A stretch of 64,000 nucleotides of DNA, taken from Octopus sinensis. Lineage: Eukaryota. A program made the translations under genes and the position numbers. Location: the NCBI RefSeq assembly GCF_006345805.1, contig NC_043005.1, positions 24,676,001-24,740,000 of the forward strand, in the 5' to 3' direction. Positions 25,084 to 38,064 of this stretch are shown in pieces (position 1 is the first letter of the stretch; each line of letters opens with the position of its first letter). The notes beneath the pieces are model-generated. The model did not search any database. It was not told the origin of the DNA and was given only the letters and a program-made list of their open reading frames with translations.

Positions 25084-26340
25084 TGATAATATCTTTGCCT
25101 GATTGGCTCCTGTGCCAGTGACACGTAAAAAGCACCATCTGAACATGATCAATGCCAGGCCCACCTGACTGGCTCCTGTGCTGGTGGCATATAAAAAGCA
25201 CCAGCTGATCGTGGCCGATGCCAGTACCCTTGACTGGCTCTTGTGCCGGTGGCATGTAAAAAGCATCATCTGAACATGATTGATGCCAGGCCTGCCTGAC
25301 TGGCTCCCATGCCAGTGGCATGTAAAAAGCACCAACCAATCGTGGCCAATGCCAGTACTCCTGACTGGCTCCCATGCCAGTGGCATGTAAAAATCACCAA
25401 CCAATCGTGGCCGATGCCAGTACCCCCTGACTGGCTCCCATGCCAGTAGCACGTAAAAATCACCAACCAATCGTGGCCAATGCCAGTACCCCCTGACTGG
25501 CTCCCATGCCAGTGGCACGTAAAAATCACCAACCAATCGTGGCCAATGCCAGTACTCCTGACTGGCTCCCATGCCAGTAGCACGTAAAAATCACCAACCA
25601 ATCGTGGCCGATGCCAGTACCCCCTGACTGGCTCTTGTGCCGGTGGCACGTAAAAAGCACCAACCAATCGTGGCTAGTGTCAGTACCCCTGACTGGCTCC
25701 CATGCCAGTGGCACATAAAAAGCACCAATCAATCGTGGCTGGTGCCAGTACCCCTGACTGGCTCTTGTGCCGGTGGCACGTAAAAAGCACCAACCAATCG
25801 TGGCTGGTGCCAGTACTCCTGACTGGCTCCCATGCCAGTGGCACATAAAAAGCACCAATCAATCATGGCCGATGCCAGTACCCCTGACTGGCTCTTGTGC
25901 CGGTGGCACGTAAAAAGCACCAACCAATCGTGGCTGGTGCCAGTACTCCTGACTGGCTCCCATGCCAGTGGCACATAAAAAGCACCAATCAATCGTGGCT
26001 GATGCCAGTACCCCTGACTGGCTCTTGTGCCGGTGGCACATAAAAAGCACCAACCAATCGTGGCTGATGCCAGTACCCCTGACTGGCTCCCATGCCAGTG
26101 GCACATAAAAAGCACCAACCAGTCGTGGCCAATGTCAGTACCCCTGACTGGCTCTTGTGCCAGTGGCACGTAAAAAGCACCCACTACACTCTCAGAGTGG
26201 TTGGCATTAGGAAGGGAATCCAGCTGTAGAAACATTGCCAGATCAGACTTGAGACTGGTGCAGCCTCCTAGCTTGCCAGACCCCAATCAAACCGTCCAAC
26301 CCATGCCAGCATGGAAAATGGACATTAAACGGCAATGATG
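25084..26340 (+). repeat. 65-66-bp minisatellite (about 16-17 units) expanded inside a repeat ending TTAAACG(ATG)n
   Basis: Unit CCTGACTGGCTCCCATGCCAGTGGCACGTAAAAAGCACCAACCAATCGTGGCCGATGCCAGTACC; other copies of the host repeat (e.g. ~29275-29690, ~30485-30850, ~32325-32720) carry only 2-3 units. Confidence 0.93.
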
Positions 26341-27122
26341 ACATAAAGAGTAACAAACTACTGTTGAACATTGGAGTAATTATACAGTTCTATATTTGAG
26401 AGATGAGGAATTATGTACATTGTTTACATTATTCACATTTGATGGATATTTGTCCTTATCTTGTTTGTTGTTAACACAATGTTTTGGCTAATATAGCCTC
26501 CAGCCTTCATCGGGTGTCTTGGGGAAATTTCAAAACTGGGTTCCCATTCCTAGGGTATTTTCTGATGTTGTTGTTATTGATATTATTATTATTCGGGTCA
26601 CTTTCTGGAATTGAACTCGGAATCATGGGGTTAACCACAATGCTGTGTACCCACGGGCAATTATGGAGTGAATTTTAGGGCTTATAAATCTAGTTGGAGC
26701 AATGAATTATTAATAATAATTTGACATGCCAACATCTTACTAATTCTTGAGAGCAAATAAAGAACTGCATTAGATAAATATACAACTTGTAGTACAAGTA
26801 ACATTCATAAGCAAAATTCTCCATGGATTTTCTTAGCTCAAAACTGGAGAGGAAGTTCTTAGTTTTAATTTTTGGGTAGCAACTATTTTGATATAACAAA
26901 GTGTGCTTAAATAATAAAGTGCCCATGGTCATCTCTAAAGTGCACATGACCATCTCTAAAGGAACAGTTCCATTGGTAAGCAGTAAGTGATCTAAATATC
27001 ACAGTGTATTACTGGTACTTTTCATCATTGCTGTCCTCCCCATTTTCTTGTTTTCCAGAGGTGTAAAATGTGATGTGTATCTGTCAACAGTTTTCATTTG
27101 TTATGTTTCTCTTCCATTCCAG

Positions 27123-27279
27123 TATAACAACCTCTGACCAGAACCTTACCAAGAACAACACTTCATCCTACAGCCGTTCTCCGAAAGCATCCAAACGCAC
27201 AATCAGCGTAACCACCGAAAGTGAGATTAGTTTGACTGGTGGTGATTATTCTGAGGTCATTCAGGATTACCTAAAGAAG
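27123..27279 (+). CDS. CCM2: CCM2 exon 9 (YITTSDQ...ESEISLTGGDYSEVIQDYLKK)
   Basis: ttccag| and |gtaagc, 157 nt; similar to [22 protein letters not shown]. Confidence 0.9.
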
Positions 27280-27574
27280 GTAAGCCTCAAAGTGTCTTAA
27301 TACCTGTATCATCATCATCATTTAACATCTATTTTCCATGCTGGCATGGATTGGATGACTTGACAGGAACTGGCAAGGCCAGGAACCACACTATAGTCTG
27401 TTTTGGTTTGTTTTTTTTATGGCTGGATGCCCTTCCTAATGCCAACCACTCCACAGAGCATACTGGGTGCTTTTTATGTGACACTATCACCTGTGCGTTT
27501 TACATGGCATCAGCACCCACACCAATGTTTTTTTATGTGGAAGCTTGATTTTAACATCTCATAACCGTTTAACC

Positions 27575-27851
27575 CAGGTGCATAGCTAGGGTAAATGGTG
27601 CCCAGGGCAAGCATCAGAATTATGACCCCCCACCACCACAACCACCAGTGCATGCATTTTGTGAGGTCAAGTAGAAACACCTATTCTGTCTAGTAGCGTG
27701 GATGAGGATAAGCAAAAGAAACCATGCCTGAAAAGGTTTAAAAAATTTTTTCAAAGGCTTAATTAGAAAATGATCTTGGCCAAAATTGCACCCCACTCAA
27801 AGTGGCACACAGGGCATGTGCCCTGCTTTCCCCACCCTAGCTACACCCCTG
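27575..27851. mobile_element. hAT-type MITE
   Basis: 17-bp TIR CAGGTGCATAGCTAGGG / CCCTAGCTACACCCCTG; 8-bp TSD GTTTAACC (27567-27574, 27852-27859). Confidence 0.85.
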
Positions 27852-29825
27852 GTTTAACCCTTTTGATGCCCACTCACATGAGACCATCCTTGGTTCTTGA
27901 TGCCAACTTCCTTTTTCTTGAAAAAAGTCTTCTATCAAAATTTTATGTTAATTTATGTTTCAAACACCAGTTTGATAATGACTTATTAACTTATTTTACT
28001 AAATTCTTAATTACTTTCAAAATCAGCTGGAATAAAAGTAATATATTTCTGCAGAAATATATTGATAAAAGAGTTAAACTATTTTTTATTGGGAATTTAA
28101 GGATTTTGAAATATTATTTTAATGGGCATTTTAATGTTTGGTTTAATGGATACCGGGTGTGTGCTGAATGAGATTTTAAAAGACATTTAATAGACATTTA
28201 AGATGGTGATAGTGGTGGTGGTTGTCTAGCCCTGATCCAGCAGACGATAATAAAAGGCATTCCAGCCACGATCATCCTGTCTTTTCCCTACATACATAGA
28301 ACCCAACCTGCATTATCCAGCATGACCATTTTAAGATCATAGGGTGTGATTTGAGGGAGATTTAGCTGCTATTTCTAGCAGGTTCAATGTCTACATTGAG
28401 GTTCTCTTGTTGACTCAAGCCATTTAAGCTGCATTTAACTGGTGCTTAATGTGACTAATGTGTTTAATGAGCTTTTAATATGAGATTAATAAATGTTTAA
28501 TGTGTGGTTTAATGGGTGCTTTAAATGATACCAGTCATGCACTGGGATCAGTTAAATCTACCAATCCCTTATATTTAAATATAAGGCCTTATTAATGATG
28601 ATGTCATTAATATTTTTGTTATAAGGTTGGCAAGCTGGCAGAAACGTTAGCATGCTGAGGTTGACTTTGCCTTTCATCCTTTCGGGGTTGATAAATTAAG
28701 TACCAGTTATGTACTGGGGATCAATCTAATCGACTGGTCCCCTTCCCAAAATTTCAGGCCTTGCACCTAGAGTAGAACAAAAAAATAAATTATTGTTTTT
28801 GTTATGGTTATTATCATTATGCTAATGTAACCATTATTGTTATTGAAATTGTCAGTATTGTTGTTGTTGTTATTATTTTTGTTTTTGTTACTGATAGTTA
28901 TCTCTCAGTGTTACTCACAGAAACACAGCCCTCCTGTAATTTTTTGGTACTCATGAAAAAACTTTCTTTTTAGTAGTTTTTAGTCTCATTGTTAGAATGT
29001 TTTTTGTTATTACTATTAAAGCGATCTAAGTTAAAAACCTTCCTTCAAAAGTTTAGGTTAATTTATACTACAAACACCTGCTTAACCCTTTCGGTACCAA
29101 TCTGCCTGAAACCAGCACTGGCTCTGTAGTATAAATATCTTGTTTTCATAAGTTTTATTAAAATCTTGAATTAAAATCTTCCACTAAACATTAGCCACAA
29201 TTTATGTTCCAAACACTAACTTAATGAAAACTTAAGTTATTTTACTAAATTCTTTGTTATATTGAAAACGATCAACATCAATGGAAACTATAGCTGTGAT
29301 AACAGTGCTTGTGGCACGTAAGAGAACCATCTGAATGTGGCCGTTGCCAGCGCCGCCCCGACTGGCCTCCGTGCCGGTGGCACGTAAAAAAAGCACCATC
29401 TGATTGTGGCCGTTGCCAGCCTCGTCTGGCCACGGTGCCGGTGGCACATAAAAAGCACCATCCGATCATGGCTGTTTGCCAGCCTCGTCTGGTACCTGTG
29501 CAGGTGGCACGTAAAAAGCACTCACTACACTCATGGAGTGGTTGGCGTTAGGAAGGGCCTCCAGCTGTAGAAACTGCCAGATCAGACTGGGCCTGGCGCA
29601 GCCTTCTGGTTTCCCAGACCCCAGTTGAACCGTCCAACCCATGCTAGCATGGAAAACGGACGTTAAACGATGATGATGATGATGATGACTTAAAATTAAT
29701 TGAAATAAACACCAAGCATCTCAAAATAAATACAGTAACGAAAGCGTTGAAGTTGTTGTTGTGATTCATTCATAAAGTTGTTATTTTTGTTGTCACTATT
29801 AATATTGTTGTTGTTAATGTTACAG

Positions 29826-29964
29826 CTCCACAAATGCCTCACCAAAACAGAGCTGTGCCAGTTTGCTGTTCTGCTCACTGCTCGACAGAAAGGTGCCACC
29901 ACAGGAGAATTTTGCAAAGAGGTTTTCAATTTGTTTGGACAAGAAAGAAAACATATGATGACTG
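29826..29964 (+). CDS. CCM2: CCM2 exon 10 (LHKCLTKTELCQFAVLL...RKHMMT), harmonin-homology domain
   Basis: ttacag| and |gtgaga, 139 nt. Confidence 0.93.
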
Positions 29965-30079
29965 GTGAGATATCAATCAGTAATTTTATTCCACAGACAT
30001 TTTGGAGACATTCTTTGTCAATTCCCTTCTGTCAAATACCATTTTAACACAACTACTGTAATTTCTATTTCTATGAAAC

Positions 30080-31200
30080 CGCAGTATATGTACCACCCCT
30101 ATTCAAATCTACCCTGTATACCAACTCTGTCCAGGTCCACCCTATGTATCATACCTACCCAGGTCCATCTTATTTACCATCTCTACCCAAGTTTACCTGG
30201 TATATGCCCCTATCTAGCGATATGTGCACCACCCCTATTCATACCCACTTTGTATATCAGACTTGCCAAAATCTACCTTGTATTGCACTCCTAAAATAGC
30301 CACGACTTGACTTGGGAACCACTTGATGACAGGCAGAAAATCACTTGGTGGCAGACATTCCAAGATGGTCTAAAGATAGTCACCATTACATGGAATGTAT
30401 GTATAAGACAAGCATCCAGCTGAACCCAGTGGAGGAAAATTGCTGCCAAATGCACTGAGCATTGCAGGAAGAACTGAAGCCCAAACTAAAGCTAATAACA
30501 CCTCAATCTGTGCTGCCTGACTGGCTCTTCATGCCAGTGGCACGTAAAAAGCACCATCCGAATGTGGTTGATGCCAGCGTCACTGCCCCAGCTGGCTCGT
30601 GTGCAGGTAGCACATAAGAAGCATCATCCGAACGTGGCCGATACCAGTGCTGCCTAACTAGCTCCCATGCTGGTGGCACGTAAAAAGCACCCTCTATACT
30701 CTCAGAGTGGTTGGCATTAGGAAGGGCATCCAGCTGTAGAAACATTGCCTGATCAGATTGGGGCCTGATGTGACCTCCTGGCTTGCCAGTCCTCAGTCAA
30801 ACCGTCCAACCCATGTCAGCATGGAAAACGAACTTTAAACAATGATTATGATGATCCAAGTCAATCTGGTCTACCTCCCCAACCTAAGTTCACCCTGTGT
30901 ACCACCCCTTTCCCAAGTTCATCCTTTGTACTTCCTCTACCCAGGTACAACTTGTGTACTATACCTACCCGAGTTCATTCTATGTACCTCACTTATCCAA
31001 GTTGACCCTATGTACCACATCTATTTAGATCCACCCGATATACCACATCTGCCCAAGTTTACCTTTCCTAAGTCGACTTTGTCTACTTTGTCAGGGGTGT
31101 TACACCCTCAACAAGTGTACCCAGAATATCACACCTAAGTCCACCCTTCACTCTCCCCTTACCCACTTGTTTTGCCATACCTGCTGCCCCTACCCAAGAA
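30080..31200. repeat. Degenerate ~28-bp minisatellite in two blocks (~30080-30260, ~30865-31200)
   Basis: Recurrent units like ACCTACCCAAGTTCACCCTATGTACCAC. Confidence 0.6.
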
Positions 31201-32900
31201 CTACAACTTCTTTGACAAAGTCATTTTAGACCCCAGTTTGGCTCTGAGTCTTCAAATTTAGAGTCAAAAGCCTTCTAACCATGACCATCTCATCTCTTGT
31301 ATCAGGCCCAGTATATTCTAGAATTACATTATACTAAGTATTCTTCCTTTCTAAAGATAATAAACTGTGGCTTGAAGGAGATTTGGTTGCTGTTTCTAGC
31401 AGGGTGGGCTGCCACATATGGTTCACTTGTTGGTGATGATGATGGTTGTGTATCTGCTGTTATTGGACCCTATCCCAGTCCTGATCCATCAAACCTATGG
31501 ATTAAAAATAATTCACATATAAATATCCTGTCTTTAATTCAGACACTGGCTATCTAGGAATATGTATACTTCAACAAGAAGTATACATGAGATAATGTTA
31601 CCCTAGATTAAAAAAAAAAAAGGGGACCCCCTTCGGTTATGAACAATCATGGATTTGCACCTAGGAAGTTCCCCTCTGATGCACAAGTCTGGACAAGGTT
31701 GTTTATGGAAGACCAGCAGTCACTCATGCATACTAGCCCTCTTCTCCATGCCACTGATGTTATCCAAAAGAAAGGCAAATGGGCCGATACAGTGACGTCC
31801 CAACTCATTTCTACAGCTGAGTGAACTGGAGCAACGTGAAATTAAAATAAAGTGCCTTGCTCAAGAACACAACACCCAGCTTGGTCCAGGAATCAAATTC
31901 ACTTCCTCATGCTTGTGAGCCTGATGCTCTAACCACTGAGCTATGCACCTTCACTACTCTAGATACACTATGGGCATGGCTGTGTGGTTAGGGAGCTTGC
32001 TTCCTAGCTACATGGTTTCGGGTTCAGTCCCACTGCATGGCACTTTGGGTAGGTGTCTTCCACTATAGCCCCGAGCCGACTGAAGCTTTGTGATTGAATT
32101 CGGCAGGCGGAAGTTACTGCCGTGTGTGTATATGTGCGTGTAGGTGCTTGTGCCTCTCCGAAAGAGAGAGAGAGAATGTTTAAAAATAACATTACTAATA
32201 ATAATGATGAGCACCCAGGGAGAGCACACTATTTTGTTTATTTATTAATAAGGAATGCATAACTGGGATGTAGCCAGCCCACTTATTCATTCCTTTCCTT
32301 CTTGGGACACAAAACTCTACTCGTGAAGACCTGTTGAGGCAAGTGAAATCAAAATCGTAATCGATCAACATCAATGGAATTTGTAGCTGTGATACCAGTG
32401 CCGGTGGCACGTAGGAGAACCATCCGAACGTGGCCGTAGCCAGCGCCGCCCTGACTGGCCTCCGTGCCGGTGGCACGTAAAAAGCACCATCCGATCATGG
32501 CCGTTTGCCAGCCTCGTCTGGCACCTGTGCCGGTGGCACATAAAAAGCACCCACTACACTCACGGAGTGGTTGGCGTTCGAAAGGGCATCCAGCTGTAGA
32601 AACACTGCCAGATCAGACTGGGCCTGGTGCAGCCTTCTGGCTTCCCAGACCCCAGTTGAACCGTCCAACCCATGCTAGCATGGAAAGCGGACGTTAAATG
32701 ATGATGATGATGATGATGATTAATACTACTTTGTAATTATTCTTTAGAAATTTTGCATCCAGGACAAAGGTTCCTGTGGCCCCACTTAAGACTGACTTTG
32801 GGCTAAACAACACCTTCAAGAACCATTCTTCTTTTATTCTTTCAATTCCATCTCCACCTTATTTTCTAATGTAATGTTGTTCTATTAACATCTCTATTAG

Positions 32901-33030
32901 GCATGGGTCCTTTCATAGAAGCAAAAGACTATCATGTGTTTGAAGAATTCTTGTCTAAAAATTCTATGGCGCTTCCAGCAAATGGCCATGGTACCATCTC
33001 CAGCTTCCACAGCAATTCTCAGCTCTGCAA
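32901..33030 (+). CDS. CCM2: CCM2 exon 11 (GMGPFIEAKDYHVFEEFL...QLC)
   Basis: tattag| and |gtaagt, 130 nt; similar to GLRPFIPEKDSQHFENFL. Confidence 0.93.
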
Positions 33031-33454
33031 GTAAGTTATCCATTGGGTTTATTTATCTGTCTTTCACTTACTGATTGGTTACACTGTTACTTATTTCAGT
33101 CATTTCACTGTGGCCATGCTGCAGCATTGCTTTTCAGTCGAACAAATTAATCCCAGGATTTATTCTTTGTAAGCTTAGTACTTACTCTATGGGTCCCTTT
33201 TGCTGAACTGCTAAGTTACAGGGTTGTAAACATACCAACATCAGTTGTCAGGCGATGGTGGGAAGACAAATAAAGACACACTTACACATTACATACATAC
33301 GATGGGCTTCTTTCAGTTTCTGCCTACCAAATCCACTCACAAGGCTTAGGGCAGCCTGAGGCTATATTAGAAGACACCTGCCCAAGGTACCACGCAGTGG
33401 GACTGAACCCAGAACCATGTGGTTAGGAAGCAAGCTTCTTACCACACAGTCACG

Positions 33455-34026
33455 AGTATACATGTGGAGACAGCCAAAAGAAGCATTTGACCCAGACTGC
33501 CTTCTTCCAGCTGTTAAACATGGAGGAGGATCAGTGATAATCTGGGGGTGGGGGCTATATCTTGGAAATCTGTTGGCCCAGTGGTTTCACTTCATAGCAG
33601 AATTAATAGTCAAGACTATTTAAATATTTTATCTGATTAAATTCAATTGTTTCCAGAGGGAAATGCAATCTGTCAGGATGATAATGCCCCAATTCACATC
33701 GCTAAAGTTGTTACTGAATGGCACATTCTAGTGAAGTTGAACATCTTATTTGTCCACCACAGTCCCCAGATCTCATTATTATTGAACATTTATGGTGCAT
33801 TTTAGAAAAGCAAATGAGTCGATATTCTCACCATAATCACTACAAGAACTGGAGACTGTTTTAGCTGAAGAATGGACAAAAATTCCTTTGGAAAAAATTT
33901 AGACTTTGTACAAGTCCATACCTCATAGAATTCAAGCTATAATTACTGCTAAATGTGGCCCTACCCCTTATTAAAATAAATTTGCTTGAAATTTTAAGGT
34001 GTTTCCATTATTTTGTCCAACCCCTG
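33455..34026 (+). mobile_element. Tc1-family transposase 3' half, decayed
   Basis: VKHGGGSVIIWG; QDDNAPIH; PPQSPDL..IEHLW; AIITAKCGPTPY*; TIR-like end ttttgtccaacccctg. Confidence 0.88.
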
Positions 34027-34139
34027 TGTGTGTGTGTGTGTGTGTGTATATGCATGATTTGTTTAATGTAATTTCATGTTATTTACCTCTTTTTTTCCTT
34101 TTGTTTTTCTTTTCACGTTTCTCCAACCAATTTATCAAG

Positions 34140-34269
34140 AGACAATGGCATTACAACTCACTCTATAAACAGCGGAGATATGGATGAATTTGATCGGATG
34201 ATGGACTGCATCTCAGATCAGATCGATAACATGGAGAACAGTGTCGATGTGGACAGCTTTGTGTCATGA
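34140..34269 (+). CDS. CCM2: CCM2 exon 12, terminal (KDNGITT...DEFDRMMDCISDQID...FVS*)
   Basis: atcaag| acceptor after a long pyrimidine tract; TGA at 34267-34269. Confidence 0.92.
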
Positions 34270-34881
34270 AACCTGACTTTCCCCACCCATATACAGACCT
34301 TCTTGCCTTCTCTTTAGTATTTATGTTTTATTTTTTTGTTTCTTTTTACAATGCACCCCCCCCCCATCATTTATGACAGTCCACGCTACTGAGTGACTCT
34401 TCAGTTCCCAACTCCTCCACTAATCATCTACCCATCCACCCATAGCTACCTGTTTCAAACTTCCAAAACTGTTCCCAGAGAAACATCACTTACATGATCT
34501 TTTTTTTTTTATACAACTATCTTCCTCTCTCTCTCTCTTAATTGACAGTGGAGTTCTTGATGACTTTATTACCTCTCAGAATGCTCCAACAAGCTGAATT
34601 TTTACAATACGGCTTTGACCAATCAGCATGCAGCTTAGACATAACAGTTTGCCAAGCATAGCGATATTCTGTAATTTGTTTATATTTATATGCTAGAGAT
34701 ATTCTTTAATCCACAGCATTAACTGGTTGTTATATTATCGCTGTTCTAAGAGGTACTAAAGTTGTCAAGAACTCAGCTGTCAGTAAAACACATTTGAAAT
34801 CTGATGATTACTCTAAGTATGAAAGTACTAACTTAACTTTATGAGCATTAAAAAATATATTTTTTAATGTTAAAATACCAT

Positions 34882-34887
34882 AATAAA
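34882..34887 (+). terminator. Candidate CCM2 polyadenylation signal AATAAA
   Basis: AATAAA about 610 nt after the stop, with ATTAAA at 34847-34852; AT-rich context so weak. Confidence 0.35.
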
Positions 34888-37800
34888 AAACGTGAAAACC
34901 AGACTATGTTTTAACTATATTCAACAGATATCATCATCATCATCCAGTGTTTTAAATCTGGGTTTTATCCCTGTTAATGGGAGTGTCCGTATCTACCTTA
35001 ATGCTATAGAAACCGAGGTAGACAGGTGCAGCCCACCCCAAACTTTGGGCCAGCTGGCTGGTGCCCATTCTCCTTTGCTATCATGAGGCTTTTTTGGAGC
35101 TGGATTCTCTATGGGGAGCATGCCCTTGCTTACTCCCAACCTCTGTTCTAGACATGAATTGTCCTGAGATCAAGGCCTCTACCATGATTTTTAAGAAATG
35201 TGGTGGAAAACTAGTTTGGTGTATCAAGAAGTATTGTCTCGAAAGTAATGACAGCCCTTGTATGTGTATGGAGAGAGGGTAAGTGGTATATCCATGATGG
35301 TTAATTGATAAATTGTGATGTCTCTTACTCCCACCCCATCTCTTTCTATTTGTATGTGTATATTTCTGAACCTACATATGTGTGTGTGTGTGTGTGTGTT
35401 TATTTCTTGCACCAAAAAGTACTTTTGCCACAGCAGGCTGAACATCCAATCAGCCATGCTAAATTTGCCAGCATCCAAACAGCTGCACCCTATCATCTCA
35501 TTCTGGGTCCGTAGATATCCTGAAGCATTTGGACCACCCGTACACAGTTCTCCATCCCTCTCTGCCCTGGACCCCAGCATTCATTAATCCTTCAGAGATA
35601 TTCAGGCTGTACCTCAGCCATATTCTTATCACTGATCTGGGAGTGAGTGTGACCCACAAAGGCCCTGGCTACTGTTTGCCTCCTCTCAATAATTCATAAA
35701 CAGAAATATGTAGTGCCCCAGCATGGCCACAGGCCTCTGTCTGGAAGTTGCAAAAGAAGTAAAGAATAACTAGAGCAAGACATATGGCTCTGCTTCTGCC
35801 ATTTCATACTGTTTGAACATAAAACCAGGCTGCTACCCCTTATTTTTACTGATGAGTGGTTTCTAGTTGGACCCAAATCTCCACTCTCCCATCCAGCTGT
35901 AAAAACAACTTCTCTGGAGCCAGTAATAGAGTCAGTTGGTGGTCACTCAACTTGCTAGAAATAACGACCAAGTCTCCCTCAAATCACAACCTAGCAACTT
36001 GAAAAAAGGAAAAAACACTTTGGATGAGATGTAATGGCCATGGGTGGCATGTAAATCCACAAATGCAAATGCACATATATGCAATGCATGCAAATACATG
36101 CACATTTGCATGTACACAAACATGCACTCACTGATATACTTGCAGATGCACAAACATGCAGACATCTACACAGGAGAGCACACACACACACATATACACC
36201 CATAGTTATATGCACATGTACATGCATAGTTATGCACACAGGTGCACACAACACACTCGCATGCACACATATGCACCACATCCACTTTAGATTTCTGTTG
36301 CTCGTGTGGAAACAAATGGAAAACTGCATCTTAAGTATGATTTTGTTATTGGGAACACAGCGTTGGATCCGAGAAAGCCTGTCTAAGAGAAAGAAAGGGA
36401 GAGAGTGAGAAAGAAACAGAGAGAAGAGATACAGAGTAAAAGAAGAGAGAGAAGACAAAGAGAGGGAGAGAGAAAGAAAGAGACAAAAAGCGAGAGAGTG
36501 TGTGTGTATATATATGTATGAGAGAGAGAGACATATAGAATGATAGGCAAATACACACACACAGATAAACATCCTTCTGACAGGTATTTGCGCTGACATT
36601 TGAGTTTCTAGGAATGCTGACAAACTAGTTTAAAATACCATCCTGTTGTTATTACAAGTAATGAGTTACACACACACACACACATAATCTCTTCTTCTCT
36701 TTCTCTTTCTCTCTGTCTTTCGCAAATAGTCAGTTGAACAGTTGTTATGACACGGCTATGATATACTTGACCTATATTTACTATAGCAATTGGTCAAAAT
36801 GCTGTTGAATGTTTCTCCTTTTGTTTATGTGTAGTTGTGGTGCAATATATACCACCCAAAAAGCAGTATACCCTGTGTAGCTGGCCTGATTGTTGACTCA
36901 ACTAAATGAGTTTATCTTCCTGGTTGTTGGCTCAATTGAACTGCTAATTTATATAACTTTTTACACTCACAGGTTGTATACAATGTGTGCGTTGTTTTTC
37001 AGCTGAATCACTTTCCCCATTCGAGAAACACCCAGCTTTCCGTGACCATTCTTGTTGGTTTACTCACCAAATGGCCTGATCCTTTTGGCAGGTGGTGGTA
37101 TTGTATTACACTACAACTTACTGAAGTATAAACACCAATTAAAAGATTGCTTGCTGTAAATCGGTGACATGTCTTACAAGAAAATATTTCAATATTACAC
37201 CCAGAAACAAATTCATGTCTTTTCATTGAAGCCATGATGTTTTTAGATTGCTTATTTATTATGTTGTAAGGAAGCACCTTCTCATGTGACTGAAGTTCAG
37301 GGCCGGTCAGACACTAAAGCACTCTTTACTCTCCCTTTTACTCTTTTACTTGTTTCAGTCATTTGACTGCGGCCATGCTGGAGCACCGCCTTTAGTCGAG
37401 CAAATCGACCCCAGGACTTATTCTTTGTAAGCCCAGTACTTATTCTATCGGTCTCTTTTGCTGAACCGCTAAGTGACAGGGACGTAAACACACCAACATC
37501 GGTTGTCAAACAATGCTAGGGGGACAAACACAGACACACAAACACACACATACATACATATATATATATATATATACATATATACGACAGGCTTCTTTCA
37601 GTTTCCGTCTACCAGATCCACTCACAAGGCATTGGTCGGCCCAGGGCTATAGCAGAAGACACTTGCCCAAGATGTCACGCAGTGGGACTGAACCCGGAAC
37701 CATGTGGTTGGTTAGCAAGTTACTTACCACACAGCCACAGCCACTTTATATTACAAATACACACACACACACACACATGCATACACACACTTTTCTCTGT

Positions 37801-38032
37801 CTGTCTCATATTGTTTATCAGTTTTTTTTTTTTTAACATCTGCTTTTCCATGCTTGCATGGGTTGGACAGAGTCAGATTTTCTACAGCTGGATGCTCTTC
37901 CTGTCACCGACCCTCTTTTGAAGCAAAGTAATAGTTTTTAAAAGCTAAACATGTCTTTCATGGAAGACTGGAAACAAACAAACTCAAACCATTATGTCAT
38001 GCCTAGAAAAGGGTGCGTGCATACACAAATAT

Positions 38033-38064
<32 letters not shown>

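Noticed and set aside
25054-26286. Repetitive ORFs on the minus strand, superficially CRISPR-like periodicity
   Set aside because: Tandem 65-bp units without unique spacers, in a eukaryotic intron; a minisatellite.
35224-35900. GC-richer unique stretch with 60-118-aa ORFs downstream of CCM2
   Set aside because: No recognisable protein family or consistent exon chain.
37060-37110. Possible minus-strand exon (CNTIPPPAKRIRPF, ag...gtgagt)
   Set aside because: No partner exons or homology could be identified; isolated splice-like motifs are expected by chance.
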